From a virus: a DNA stretch of 62,400 bases. The position numbers were made by a program, and so were the translations under genes. Below the pieces are notes generated by a model that was not told where the DNA came from, did not search any database, and was given only the letters and a program-made list of their open reading frames with translations. Shown piece after piece: positions 54,372 to 61,407 of the stretch (positions are counted from its first letter, which is position 1; each line of letters begins with the position of its first letter). Location: the IMG/VR virus record IMGVR_UViG_3300046718_000268; one strand, given 5' to 3'.

Positions 54372-54389
54372 TTTTCTAGGCCTAGAAAA
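54372..54389. promoter_or_regulatory. 18-bp perfect palindrome TTTTCTAGGCCTAGAAAA
   Basis: Read directly. Confidence 0.5.
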
Positions 54390-54491
54390 ATTCGATGGGA
54401 GGCCGAAGCTACCGGCGATCGCCCCGCGCTTGATTAGCGCCTTGCATTGTGGTTAGCAGGGTAGTTCGGTAGGCGCAAGGCGAAACGTAAG

Positions 54492-54500
54492 TTATCCACA
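54492..54500 (+). promoter_or_regulatory. DnaA-box-like TTATCCACA (copy 2)
   Basis: aagTTATCCACAGaaaa; TTGCAC 18 bp downstream of the box start. Confidence 0.6.
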
Positions 54501-54675
54501 GAAAACAAATTGCACGAGCCGACCGAGTATGGGTTCGAGGTTCGCAAAAATTCGCGAGCTAGCACGGTAAAAGAGGCGCTACAGTCGTTTGGTTCGCCTC
54601 CCCCGGCACGGGGCGTGCCAGGGCAAGGGCGAAAGCGGCGCAGTGCCGAAATTCGGCCGGCTACGCGGCGAACCC

Positions 54676-54758
54676 CATAAGAGGCGTTACAGCCGCTTTT
54701 CGGTTGCTGCCGCCCCAAGGGTACCAGCTTTGCGCAAGCGGCTGTAGCGCCTCTTATG
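54676..54758. repeat. long hairpin / inverted repeat with 23-bp arms (1 mismatch), 37-nt loop
   Basis: CATAAGAGGCGTTACAGCCGCTT (54676-54698) vs AAGCGGCTGTAGCGCCTCTTATG (54736-54758). Confidence 0.7.
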
Positions 54759-54815
54759 CCGCTTTAGCGGCATTGCGCCGACCTTATAGTGTGCGCTGCA
54801 CAGCAGGCGCGAAAG

Positions 54816-54824
54816 TTATCCACA
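54816..54824 (+). promoter_or_regulatory. DnaA-box-like TTATCCACA (copy 3)
   Basis: aagTTATCCACAGaaaa; TTGCAC 37 bp downstream. Confidence 0.6.
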
Positions 54825-54852
54825 GAAAATGCGGCTATGGCGTGCTTTACGC

Positions 54853-54880
54853 TTGCACAGTACGCTCTTTCTGCTATGTT
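54853..54880 (+). promoter_or_regulatory. promoter-like TTGCAC-N16-TATGTT for 54926..55540
   Basis: Read directly. Confidence 0.4.
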
Positions 54881-54925
54881 GTGTGCAGCAACGCATTCCG
54901 CGTTGCAAACGCAAAGGTAGTTCAA

Positions 54926-55540
54926 ATGCTTAATATTTCAACAGCTAACAAGGGCCAGCTGCGCCAGGGTATGCGCGATGCTGGTTTGCCGTATGCGGTC
55001 GATGGGCATACGCTTACGAATGAGGAAATGCGCGTTGCACTGCTCGCGCACTTCGGTACGCCGGCGGACGATGTTGCGCCGGTCGTGCAGGAAGAGGAAG
55101 TTGCACCTCCGGTGCAGGCTTTCGATGCCGCGCTGAACGGCGTGGTTGATGCGTGCGCCGCGCAAGTTGCGGTGGACGAGGTTGCTGCACAGGAAGTGCA
55201 GCTTGTTGCCGACCCGACGGAAGTTGCGCCGCTTGTGCAGATTCCGGAAGTTGCGCCCGTCGTGCAGATTCCGACCCCGATGGTTGCGCCGCGCGGTACC
55301 AGCAAGGGGCTCAAAATCCAAAAGGACCGCCCCAGCCAAAACGGTGTACGCATGCCCAGCGAGGGCGGCTTGTGCCGTGCGGTATGGGACTATTTGCAGA
55401 ACGAGTGCGATCACGGCCGCATGCCGACCGCAAAGGACGTCAAGGCGTACGCTGCGACCGTCGGTTGGAACACGAACAATGCAAGTATCGAGTTCTACAA
55501 CTGGCGCAAGTACAATGGGATCTCGGGTCGGCAGAGCTAG
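54926..55540 (+). CDS. early protein with (E/D)VAP.VQ repeats and C-terminal WRK..GISG domain (paralog of 38214..38810)
   Basis: Start at MLNISTANKG. 27-bp tandem repeat at 55220-55246 / 55247-55273. C-terminal GGLCRAVWDYL...SIEFYNWRKYNGISGR. Confidence 0.6.
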   Translation: MLNISTANKGQLRQGMRDAGLPYAVDGHTLTNEEMRVALLAHFGTPADDVAPVVQEEEVAPPVQAFDAALNGVVDACAAQVAVDEVAAQEVQLVADPTEVAPLVQIPEVAPVVQIPTPMVAPRGTSKGLKIQKDRPSQNGVRMPSEGGLCRAVWDYLQNECDHGRMPTAKDVKAYAATVGWNTNNASIEFYNWRKYNGISGRQS

Positions 55541-55561
55541 CACGTACCACGCAACAAGGAG

Positions 55562-55589
55562 AAAGGCGCACGCTATGTGCGCCTTTTTT
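55562..55589 (+). terminator. rho-independent terminator
   Basis: AAAGGCGCAC-gctat-GTGCGCCTTT followed by TTT. Confidence 0.8.
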
Positions 55590-56043
55590 CGTCAGCGCAC
55601 ACGGCGTGCGCAAATGAAGATGCAGGAGGGACGCATGTTTCGAGCTTCGCTATAGCGCACTATCGAGTCCATTGGACGCCGCGATAACGTGAAATCGCTT
55701 CAAAGCGGCCCTTCGGGTCGCTTTTGTTCGATTGGTAGATGCAACTAATTATTAATTGCATCGACGGAACGGGCTGTCGCGGCCGAAAAACTTGCCTGCT
55801 AGGTACCAGAATTTCGGCGCTACGGTACCTTGGGGCCTCCCCCGAGGCACGGGGCGTGGCGGCGATCTGACATAGGCGGCGTTCAGCCTTAAAACCGACC
55901 TAGCAGGCGCCGAAAATCTAATTGCAGTGCAAATATCCGATTTGCAAACCCGATTTGCCGCTATAGCCGTTTGGTGCTCAATTCGCCCCAAGGGTGGCGG
56001 CGAAGTTAGTGCTGCTGTAGCGGCGATTACGAGGCGAACCAAG

Positions 56044-56052
56044 TTATCCACA
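56044..56052 (+). promoter_or_regulatory. DnaA-box-like TTATCCACA (copy 4)
   Basis: aagTTATCCACAGatttt; TTGCAC 37 bp downstream. Confidence 0.6.
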
Positions 56053-56080
56053 GATTTTCGCTTCCGTCGACCTTTTTGGC

Positions 56081-56109
56081 TTGCACGAAAATCTAGCATG
56101 GGGTACCTT
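56081..56109 (+). promoter_or_regulatory. early promoter TTGCAC-N17-TACCTT
   Basis: Same -35/-10 pair as at 56456 and 57497; followed by gtgcataccgc. Confidence 0.5.
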
Positions 56110-56151
56110 GTGCATACCGCACTTCCGCGGTACCGCAAAAGGTCCTAAAAA

Positions 56152-56442
56152 ATGTTTGTTGCACACCACATCGCAGTCGCCGCTTTCCACGCTACAAAAG
56201 CGCGCCTCCCCGTCCAGCTCTCGGTCGCAGCTCGCCGCTACAATGCCAATCACCCTCGTCCGCAGCCTACCGCCGCCGGTTTAGCCGAAGTGCAAGCGGA
56301 AAGGGATTTCAAGCCTATGCCTGCTTTCCTTCTCGCGCAATGGGGTACCAGCAACGAAGAGTTGTTGCGTGCCGCGCGCGTCTTCGCCCGCAAGGTCCAG
56401 CTTGCAAAGGAACTTGCAGCTCGCATGCGTAATTCCAACTAG
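56152..56442 (+). CDS. early hypothetical protein (96 aa)
   Basis: ORF about 40 nt downstream of the promoter, AAAAGG RBS. Confidence 0.45.
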   Translation: MFVAHHIAVAAFHATKARLPVQLSVAARRYNANHPRPQPTAAGLAEVQAERDFKPMPAFLLAQWGTSNEELLRAARVFARKVQLAKELAARMRNSN

Positions 56443-56455
56443 GTCAAAAAAGAGC

Positions 56456-56488
56456 TTGCAAGGTACGCGCTTCTCGTGTACCTTGCAA
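56456..56488 (+). promoter_or_regulatory. early promoter TTGCAA-N17-TACCTT embedded in 11-bp inverted repeat TTGCAAGGTAC-N11-GTACCTTGCAA
   Basis: Arms at 56456-56466 and 56478-56488. Confidence 0.5.
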
Positions 56489-56524
56489 ACACTGCATACC
56501 GCAGCAACCGAAAAGGATTTTCAA

Positions 56525-56701
56525 ATGTTCACCATGTTTTTCGATTGGTACGCCGCTCGCACGCCGGCCCGTACAAAGCGCCGGGAAGAGATGATTGCAC
56601 GTCGCGTGCGGATCGTCCAGGCTCGCAAGGAGCTCAAGCAGGCACGGCGTGATGCGCGTCGCATCCCCTGGCCGCCGGTCAAGCTGACGGTCGCCGCCTA
56701 G
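56525..56701 (+). CDS. early small basic protein (58 aa)
   Basis: AAAAGGA RBS; MFTMFFDWYAARTPARTKRREEMIARR... Confidence 0.45.
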   Translation: MFTMFFDWYAARTPARTKRREEMIARRVRIVQARKELKQARRDARRIPWPPVKLTVAA

Positions 56702-56772
56702 GGGAGTTCAGCGGATGAGAGCGGCGCAAGCCGCTCGATTCCCCTGCACTTCCGCAGGACAAGGAGGAGTCG

Positions 56773-56937
56773 ATGCTCAAGGTCACATTCAAGTTCGAGA
56801 AGGAGACGAAGAACGCTTGGCGCTACCGGGCGGCGGACGGGCAGGCCATTCCTGGCTACAATACGCTCTATCTCTCGAAGGTCGAAGGACAGTCGGCGCC
56901 GAAGCCGACCATCGAGGTGCAGATCAGCTGGAGCTGA
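56773..56937 (+). CDS. early small protein (54 aa)
   Basis: Strong AAGGAGGAG RBS; hand translation MLKVTFKFEKETKNAWRYRAADGQAIPGYNTLYLSKVEGQSAPKPTIEVQISWS. Confidence 0.55.
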   Translation: MLKVTFKFEKETKNAWRYRAADGQAIPGYNTLYLSKVEGQSAPKPTIEVQISWS

Positions 56938-56938
56938 T

Positions 56939-56947
56939 TTATCCACA
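56939..56947 (+). promoter_or_regulatory. DnaA-box-like TTATCCACA (copy 5)
   Basis: gatTTATCCACAGag, abutting the hairpin at 56948-56975. Confidence 0.55.
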
Positions 56948-56975
56948 GAGATGTCCAGAATTCGCTGGACATCTC
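56948..56975 (+). promoter_or_regulatory. 11-bp-stem hairpin/palindrome GAGATGTCCAG-aattcg-CTGGACATCTC
   Basis: Read directly; no U tract, so it is either an operator or a weak terminator. Confidence 0.45.
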
Positions 56976-57019
56976 CTTCGCCAAGGTGCATTATGTGGAC
57001 CTTAGCAAAGGAGATGGAA

Positions 57020-57220
57020 ATGGTTTTCACAGTCACTCAGTTCACCATGCCCGCCGAGATCGTCAACCTCGAGCTCGCAGTCGCTCACGTCCGCAAGTGG
57101 CAGCGGATGTGGAGCTCGCTGCCCAGCTCAGCGCCTGCCAAGGTTCGCAAGGCCTATCTCAGCCGCCTCGCTCTCGCGAAGAGCCTGGTTAACATCCACT
57201 TCTTCATCGTGGGGGCGTAA
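57020..57220 (+). CDS. early small protein (66 aa)
   Basis: Leader AAAGGAGATGGAAATG identical to that of 57551. Confidence 0.5.
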   Translation: MVFTVTQFTMPAEIVNLELAVAHVRKWQRMWSSLPSSAPAKVRKAYLSRLALAKSLVNIHFFIVGA

Positions 57221-57221
57221 A

Positions 57222-57314
57222 GTGTTCGCTACCTACGGTCTCGCGATAGTCGCCGCGCTCTATCCCATCTCTCTCATCGCAATGGCGATAATGGCCGAGA
57301 GGAGAAAGAAGTGA
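57222..57314 (+). CDS. tiny hydrophobic peptide (30 aa, GTG start), tentative
   Basis: VFATYGLAIVAALYPISLIAMAIMAERRKK. Confidence 0.2.
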   Translation: MFATYGLAIVAALYPISLIAMAIMAERRKK

Positions 57315-57484
57315 AAATTTACATCTGCGTTGTCACGCATCCCGAGGTCAACATCGTGTCAGTTGGTGTTGCCCGCACGCAGGCCGAGGCGAAATTGAAG
57401 GCCTGGAGAAATCTCACTCACGAAACGGCGCCCATTGACGAGATGAGCGAGGAGTGGTTTGAGGATCAGTTATCCACAGAATAG
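57311..57484 (+). CDS. early small protein (57 aa, GTG start)
   Basis: GAGAGGAGAAAG RBS; the 3' end contains TTATCCACA copy 6. Confidence 0.4.
   Translation: MKIYICVVTHPEVNIVSVGVARTQAEAKLKAWRNLTHETAPIDEMSEEWFEDQLSTE
57470..57478 (+). promoter_or_regulatory. DnaA-box-like TTATCCACA (copy 6)
   Basis: cagTTATCCACAGaat; TTGCAC 27 bp downstream. Confidence 0.6.
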
Positions 57485-57496
57485 TGGATTTTGGGC

Positions 57497-57529
57497 TTGC
57501 ACAAGGTCGGCAAATCGCCTACCTTGTGC
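57497..57529 (+). promoter_or_regulatory. early promoter TTGCAC-N17-TACCTT within inverted repeat GCACAAGGT-N13-ACCTTGTGC
   Basis: Arms at 57499-57507 and 57521-57529. Confidence 0.5.
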
Positions 57530-57550
57530 ATACCAACAAAGGAGATGGAA

Positions 57551-57952
57551 ATGTTCGCTAACCCGAAAACCTACGCCGCTCAGCTTCGCGCCGCTTTTCC
57601 CGCCGGCACTCTGCCGAGCGATATGGTGTTCCAGGCGGCCGATGCCTACCCTCAAGCGCCGAGCACGTTTTGGGACGCCGTACTTGACGAGCTCCGCAAG
57701 CCGGCAGTTCCCACGCCGGCCCAGATGGCGATTGCCGTGTACGAGCACGCATCGCGTCACTACGAGAAGGGCGGCTGGGATTTCATTGTCGAGTGCTGGA
57801 CCGAGGCTGAGATCGCTGTTGAAGTTCGCTCTTGTCGTACGTACGAGGGAGCGATTGCTAAGATGGGTCGCATTGCCAAGGCACAGGACGAGCGCAGGCA
57901 GGAGGTACGCGCAGAGATGGATTGCCCTGAGGGTTATCCACCTGAGGGCTAA
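57551..57952 (+). CDS. early hypothetical protein (133 aa)
   Basis: AAAGGAGATGGAAATG leader; ORF 57491..57952 trimmed to MFANPKTY. Confidence 0.55.
   Translation: MFANPKTYAAQLRAAFPAGTLPSDMVFQAADAYPQAPSTFWDAVLDELRKPAVPTPAQMAIAVYEHASRHYEKGGWDFIVECWTEAEIAVEVRSCRTYEGAIAKMGRIAKAQDERRQEVRAEMDCPEGYPPEG
57934..57942 (+). promoter_or_regulatory. DnaA-box-like variant TTATCCACC (copy 7)
   Basis: gggTTATCCACCtgag inside the 3' end of 57551..57952. Confidence 0.4.
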
Positions 57953-58026
57953 GGGTAGAGCTGCCCACTGCCCTGTCCCACGTGGCAGGGTAGAGGCCAG
58001 CACTTCCGCTGGAACGGAGAAGACAC

Positions 58027-58152
58027 ATGATGGACATCGTTCAGTCTTGCCTTGGTGATGTGATTATCATCACCACGATTGCGGGATATGCCTATGTCGG
58101 CATCTTGCTGATTGGCATCGTACTCAAGCGGCATCGCAGGGGCGTGTCATGA
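58027..58152 (+). CDS. small membrane protein (41 aa)
   Basis: GGAGAAG RBS; MMDIVQSCLGDVIIITTIAGYAYVGILLIGIVLKRHRRGVS. Confidence 0.4.
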   Translation: MMDIVQSCLGDVIIITTIAGYAYVGILLIGIVLKRHRRGVS

Positions 58153-58319
58153 CGGAGGATCAGGCAGAGAGGCTGGCCGAGCACGAGATGGACCGGCTGG
58201 ACAGGCGCTTCATGCAGGGACACATCAACCAGGACACATACGATAAGGAGGTGCGATCCATCGACATGAGGGCAAGGCGTAGGGCAGGCGATTGGCGTCG
58301 CATGCGTAGCGACAGCTGA
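58149..58319 (+). CDS. small charged protein (56 aa)
   Basis: ATGA-coupled; MTEDQAERLAEHEMDRLDRRF... Confidence 0.4.
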   Translation: MTEDQAERLAEHEMDRLDRRFMQGHINQDTYDKEVRSIDMRARRRAGDWRRMRSDS

Positions 58320-58327
58320 TAGGGCTC

Positions 58328-58354
58328 GGGGCCGCCACGAGATGTGGTGGCCCC
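58328..58354 (+). terminator. GC-rich hairpin (terminator candidate, no U tract)
   Basis: GGGGCCGCCAC-gagat-GTGGTGGCCCC. Confidence 0.35.
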
Positions 58355-58483
58355 TCCCCAGGCCGCCGCCCCAGTAGGACGGCAATTCGGACCGACGCGA
58401 TCGGCCGGCCTTGCTGAATTCGGCCACCGATTTTTCGAAATAGTTCATAACGGCCAGCGCCTAATAGTATCTATTCTTTTTAC

Positions 58484-58492
58484 TTATCCACA
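58484..58492 (+). promoter_or_regulatory. DnaA-box-like TTATCCACA (copy 8)
   Basis: tacTTATCCACAccg; TTGCTC 27 bp downstream. Confidence 0.55.
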
Positions 58493-58510
58493 CCGATACG
58501 AAAATAATAC

Positions 58511-58539
58511 TTGCTCTATCGATCCTTTTCGTTTACACT
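58511..58539 (+). promoter_or_regulatory. promoter-like TTGCTC-N17-TACACT for 58575..59408
   Basis: Read directly. Confidence 0.4.
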
Positions 58540-58574
58540 AAAACCATAGCAATTCTATACATGGAGATTAAGAA

Positions 58575-59408
58575 ATGAACCACCCTACCGTCACCATTCT
58601 AGACAAGGAATATGACCCAGAACTTGTCTCTCGAAATAATCCGGATCCATCAATTGCAGCCCTCTTCGACTATGCTTATCTAAAGTTGGTCTCCCACGCC
58701 TACGGCGAGCGAAACGACTGTGTGGTTATAGCCCTCTGCGTCCTCTCCGGCGAGAGCTATCCAAAGGTTCACCAAATCCTAAAGAATCGTGGCCGTCGCA
58801 ATCGTTGCGGAACTCAGTGGCACACAACGACCGCAGCCCTCCATGACTTGAACTTGAAACTCCATCCCGTGACCATCACGTATGATGGAAGAACTATTCG
58901 TTCTTTGGTCCCTCAACTGCCCCATCACTTGAATGATCCTATTTCTAATATGATGCTTCCAGCCCGCTTCCTCATCAAGGCGGCGCGCCACGTCGCTGGT
59001 GTGGTTATGGGCTCCTGCGAGGATTGGAGCGATGAGCGTGGTCTCTACGTTCAGCAAGTGTATCAAGTTCTGGATTCAACCGATAATACTCCTCCAATCT
59101 CTTACAACGTGAGAACAAACACTCCAGAATATCGTGCGAGATGGTCCCATCCGACTATCAGTGCGGCAGAAGCGATTCGTGCCTTTGGAATTGCTGAAAT
59201 TCAGAAGTGGCATGAGGAGAACTATCCTGGTTCCCTTAATCTTCCGATCAACTTCCGTGGTCTACCGAAGACTCGTAAGTTCTGGTTAAGCCTGCGTGCC
59301 CGTGCAATGGCACGATGCGAAGATGCAGGCTTGAAGCGTACTACTGCTTCAATTGAACTCGGTAAGTGGCAGTCCGAGCTCGGCTATCATATGACCTACC
59401 TCCAATAA
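58575..59408 (+). CDS. early protein: possible papain-like Cys/His domain + C-terminal WRK-family-like domain
   Basis: ERNDCVVIALCVL (Cys) and ARHVAGVVMG (His) candidates; C-terminal RTTASIELGKWQSELGY. Confidence 0.5.
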   Translation: MNHPTVTILDKEYDPELVSRNNPDPSIAALFDYAYLKLVSHAYGERNDCVVIALCVLSGESYPKVHQILKNRGRRNRCGTQWHTTTAALHDLNLKLHPVTITYDGRTIRSLVPQLPHHLNDPISNMMLPARFLIKAARHVAGVVMGSCEDWSDERGLYVQQVYQVLDSTDNTPPISYNVRTNTPEYRARWSHPTISAAEAIRAFGIAEIQKWHEENYPGSLNLPINFRGLPKTRKFWLSLRARAMARCEDAGLKRTTASIELGKWQSELGYHMTYLQ

Positions 59409-59444
59409 TCGAGCCCTCTATCCCTCCTTCCAAATAGACCTTCC

Positions 59445-59723
59445 ATGAACTCCTTACAATCTTCCCTCGCGCCTCCGAATTCCTACCTCACACCGGGCCT
59501 GGACATGTGGTTAGACTTACCCAACGGGCAGCGTTATCTGATCACCGCTGCCTATTTAGCTGGTGTTACCGCGGCTCAACAGAATCGGCCCCCTATAGCC
59601 CCTGCGCCAAGGCGCGGGGCTATCTACGCGCAATGGTGGTATGGCTACCGTAACGAGAAAGCAGGCCTGCACGACTCTCTCCCATCTTCATTTGATGAAC
59701 TGATCTTGAAATTCTTTGAATAA
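59445..59723 (+). CDS. hypothetical protein (92 aa)
   Basis: ORF only. Confidence 0.45.
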   Translation: MNSLQSSLAPPNSYLTPGLDMWLDLPNGQRYLITAAYLAGVTAAQQNRPPIAPAPRRGAIYAQWWYGYRNEKAGLHDSLPSSFDELILKFFE

Positions 59724-59820
59724 GAAATTGTTATGAGTGACTTCACAAAGTTAGTTCTCATAATAATAGTTGGTTGCTTTATCTGGCTTTGTCTGCTATT
59801 GTTTATGTTAGGAGTGATGC

Positions 59821-60033
59821 ATGCAGTTCTTTAAGCCTGTCAGATGCGAACACTGTCGAGATAGAGGGAAGAAGCGATCGCTTTGTCTTTCATGCGGCTC
59901 GACGGGCTTGAAGTTCGCATCACTGCCGTCGTATTATGCGTGCCCGGATTGTAGCAACCATCGATGTCTGAAGTGCGGTGGAGAACCGGAATCTTTACAT
60001 CCATCATTTACGAATGAGAATACTTCCGCATGA
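59821..60033 (+). CDS. Zn-ribbon protein (four CxxC pairs)
   Basis: CEHC...CLSC...CPDC...CLKC. Confidence 0.5.
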   Translation: MQFFKPVRCEHCRDRGKKRSLCLSCGSTGLKFASLPSYYACPDCSNHRCLKCGGEPESLHPSFTNENTSA

Positions 60034-60254
60034 CCGTTCGAAGATTTCCTGGTCATCGATATATGATCAGCGGCGATCTAGGCATTCCGAGTCCGCCACC
60101 ATCAGAAGCATGGATTGAAGACAGCCTTCGCTGGCGAGGTAAAGTTCTGACGGGCGAATACGGTCACTGGTGCGAAGATTGGGACTATTTGCCCATCGAT
60201 GAGACGTGCCCGGAATGGCCCTGTCCTTGTTCAATGTCGAATGGAATAGAATAA
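60030..60254 (+). CDS. hypothetical protein (74 aa)
   Basis: ATGA-coupled ORF. Confidence 0.45.
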   Translation: MTVRRFPGHRYMISGDLGIPSPPPSEAWIEDSLRWRGKVLTGEYGHWCEDWDYLPIDETCPEWPCPCSMSNGIE

Positions 60255-60517
60255 TGCCCTCACTTCCAATGCGTCTCGCAATGCGTACGACAGATGACGG
60301 CTGGTGGATTGCTCTGATTGCTCCTATCGAGAGTTACGATGGAGCAATTGAGATTGGTAGGATTCGAAGATCTGTAGTTGAGGATTCGAAAATTCGTCAC
60401 CAATTCATAGAGGTGATGAAAGAGGCATTGACTTTTATGGTTAAGGAGTTGAAAGGTCAAACAATATCAGAATGGCAGGAACAGAAGCCTATGCCTCCAT
60501 CGAAAGGAACGGCATGA
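60254..60517 (+). CDS. hypothetical protein (87 aa)
   Basis: TAATG-coupled internal start MPSLPMRL. Confidence 0.45.
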   Translation: MPSLPMRLAMRTTDDGWWIALIAPIESYDGAIEIGRIRRSVVEDSKIRHQFIEVMKEALTFMVKELKGQTISEWQEQKPMPPSKGTA

Positions 60518-60780
60518 CCTTTTCAATCTACCGGCATCTAGACCGTCACTGTCCGGTCTGCAATCATAAACTGAATGCAATGATGAATACAGGCGATGAG
60601 ATTGGAGCTCCAGAGCCTGGTGACATTTCAGTTTGCGATGGATGTGGCGGCTATTTGATTTTCAATAGCGAATTCAATCTTACTAGTCCATCAGATGAAG
60701 TTGAGTTTCTTCTTTCACTCGATGACGCTACGAGGAATCATATCATCAAGATTCAAGCATTTGTACGCCGACGCAAATAA
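60514..60780 (+). CDS. Zn-ribbon-like protein (88 aa)
   Basis: ATGA-coupled; CPVCNH...CDGCGG. Confidence 0.45.
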   Translation: MTFSIYRHLDRHCPVCNHKLNAMMNTGDEIGAPEPGDISVCDGCGGYLIFNSEFNLTSPSDEVEFLLSLDDATRNHIIKIQAFVRRRK

Positions 60781-61143
60781 TTTCGCTTGTGCTCTCCGAC
60801 TCTTTACGCTAGTATAGTTTAACGATGCAGCTCATGGGTGCCCGCCATCTCTCTTCGGATGAGAGCGCGGGTCTATGAGACATCCCGCAGGCGGGTAGAT
60901 GACCATCATAATAGCCTGAGCTAGAGGATGCTACCAAGCATCTGACTAGACATCCCAGACGGAGGGGTAGATGACCACAGCATACTCCGTCCATCGCCTC
61001 GGGAGGAAGCTTTCGAATCCGGGACCGAGCTCCTTCAAGAGCTGGTACCAAACTCCGGAGTGACATGCACCCTCCCGGGGCACCCGTTCACTGGCCGGTG
61101 GAGCTCTTCTGCTCTGGCATGGCCCAGGGCAGAAGGGTCCGAC

Positions 61144-61407
61144 ATGGGAACTAAGAACAATCCGGCTCCATTCGATTGCTATGCAAATGCCGAGCCAGAC
61201 GAACCATATTTCGTCTTGCTAGGACGAGATGTTTCGGCACCAGCATTAGTTCGAGCATGGGCGCATGAACGTAATCGTCTTATCAAAACAGGCGAGAAGC
61301 CTATCTCGGATCTGCCTATGGTAGACGAAGCGATGGATTGTGCCAAGCACATGGAAGAATTTCGATATCGGCGCGATCAGGAACGGAATAAGACACACGA
61401 TGCCTAA
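61144..61407 (+). CDS. hypothetical protein (87 aa)
   Basis: Start at MGTKNNPAPFDCYANAEPDEPYFVLLGRD; the upstream part of ORF 61060..61407 is treated as untranslated leader. Confidence 0.5.
   Translation: MGTKNNPAPFDCYANAEPDEPYFVLLGRDVSAPALVRAWAHERNRLIKTGEKPISDLPMVDEAMDCAKHMEEFRYRRDQERNKTHDA

Noticed and set aside
54704-54925. Upstream extension of ORF 54704..55540 and the - strand ORFs 54434..54718 and 55752..56138
   Set aside because: They run through hairpin- and repeat-rich non-coding sequence, lack RBSs and have implausible Cys/Arg-rich translations. A promoter plus an ATG at 54926 explains the real gene.
60809-61066. 85-aa - strand ORF and the N-terminal extension of + ORF 61060..61407
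   Set aside because: Both lie in the GC-rich structured leader with no RBS. The downstream gene has a plausible start at 61144.
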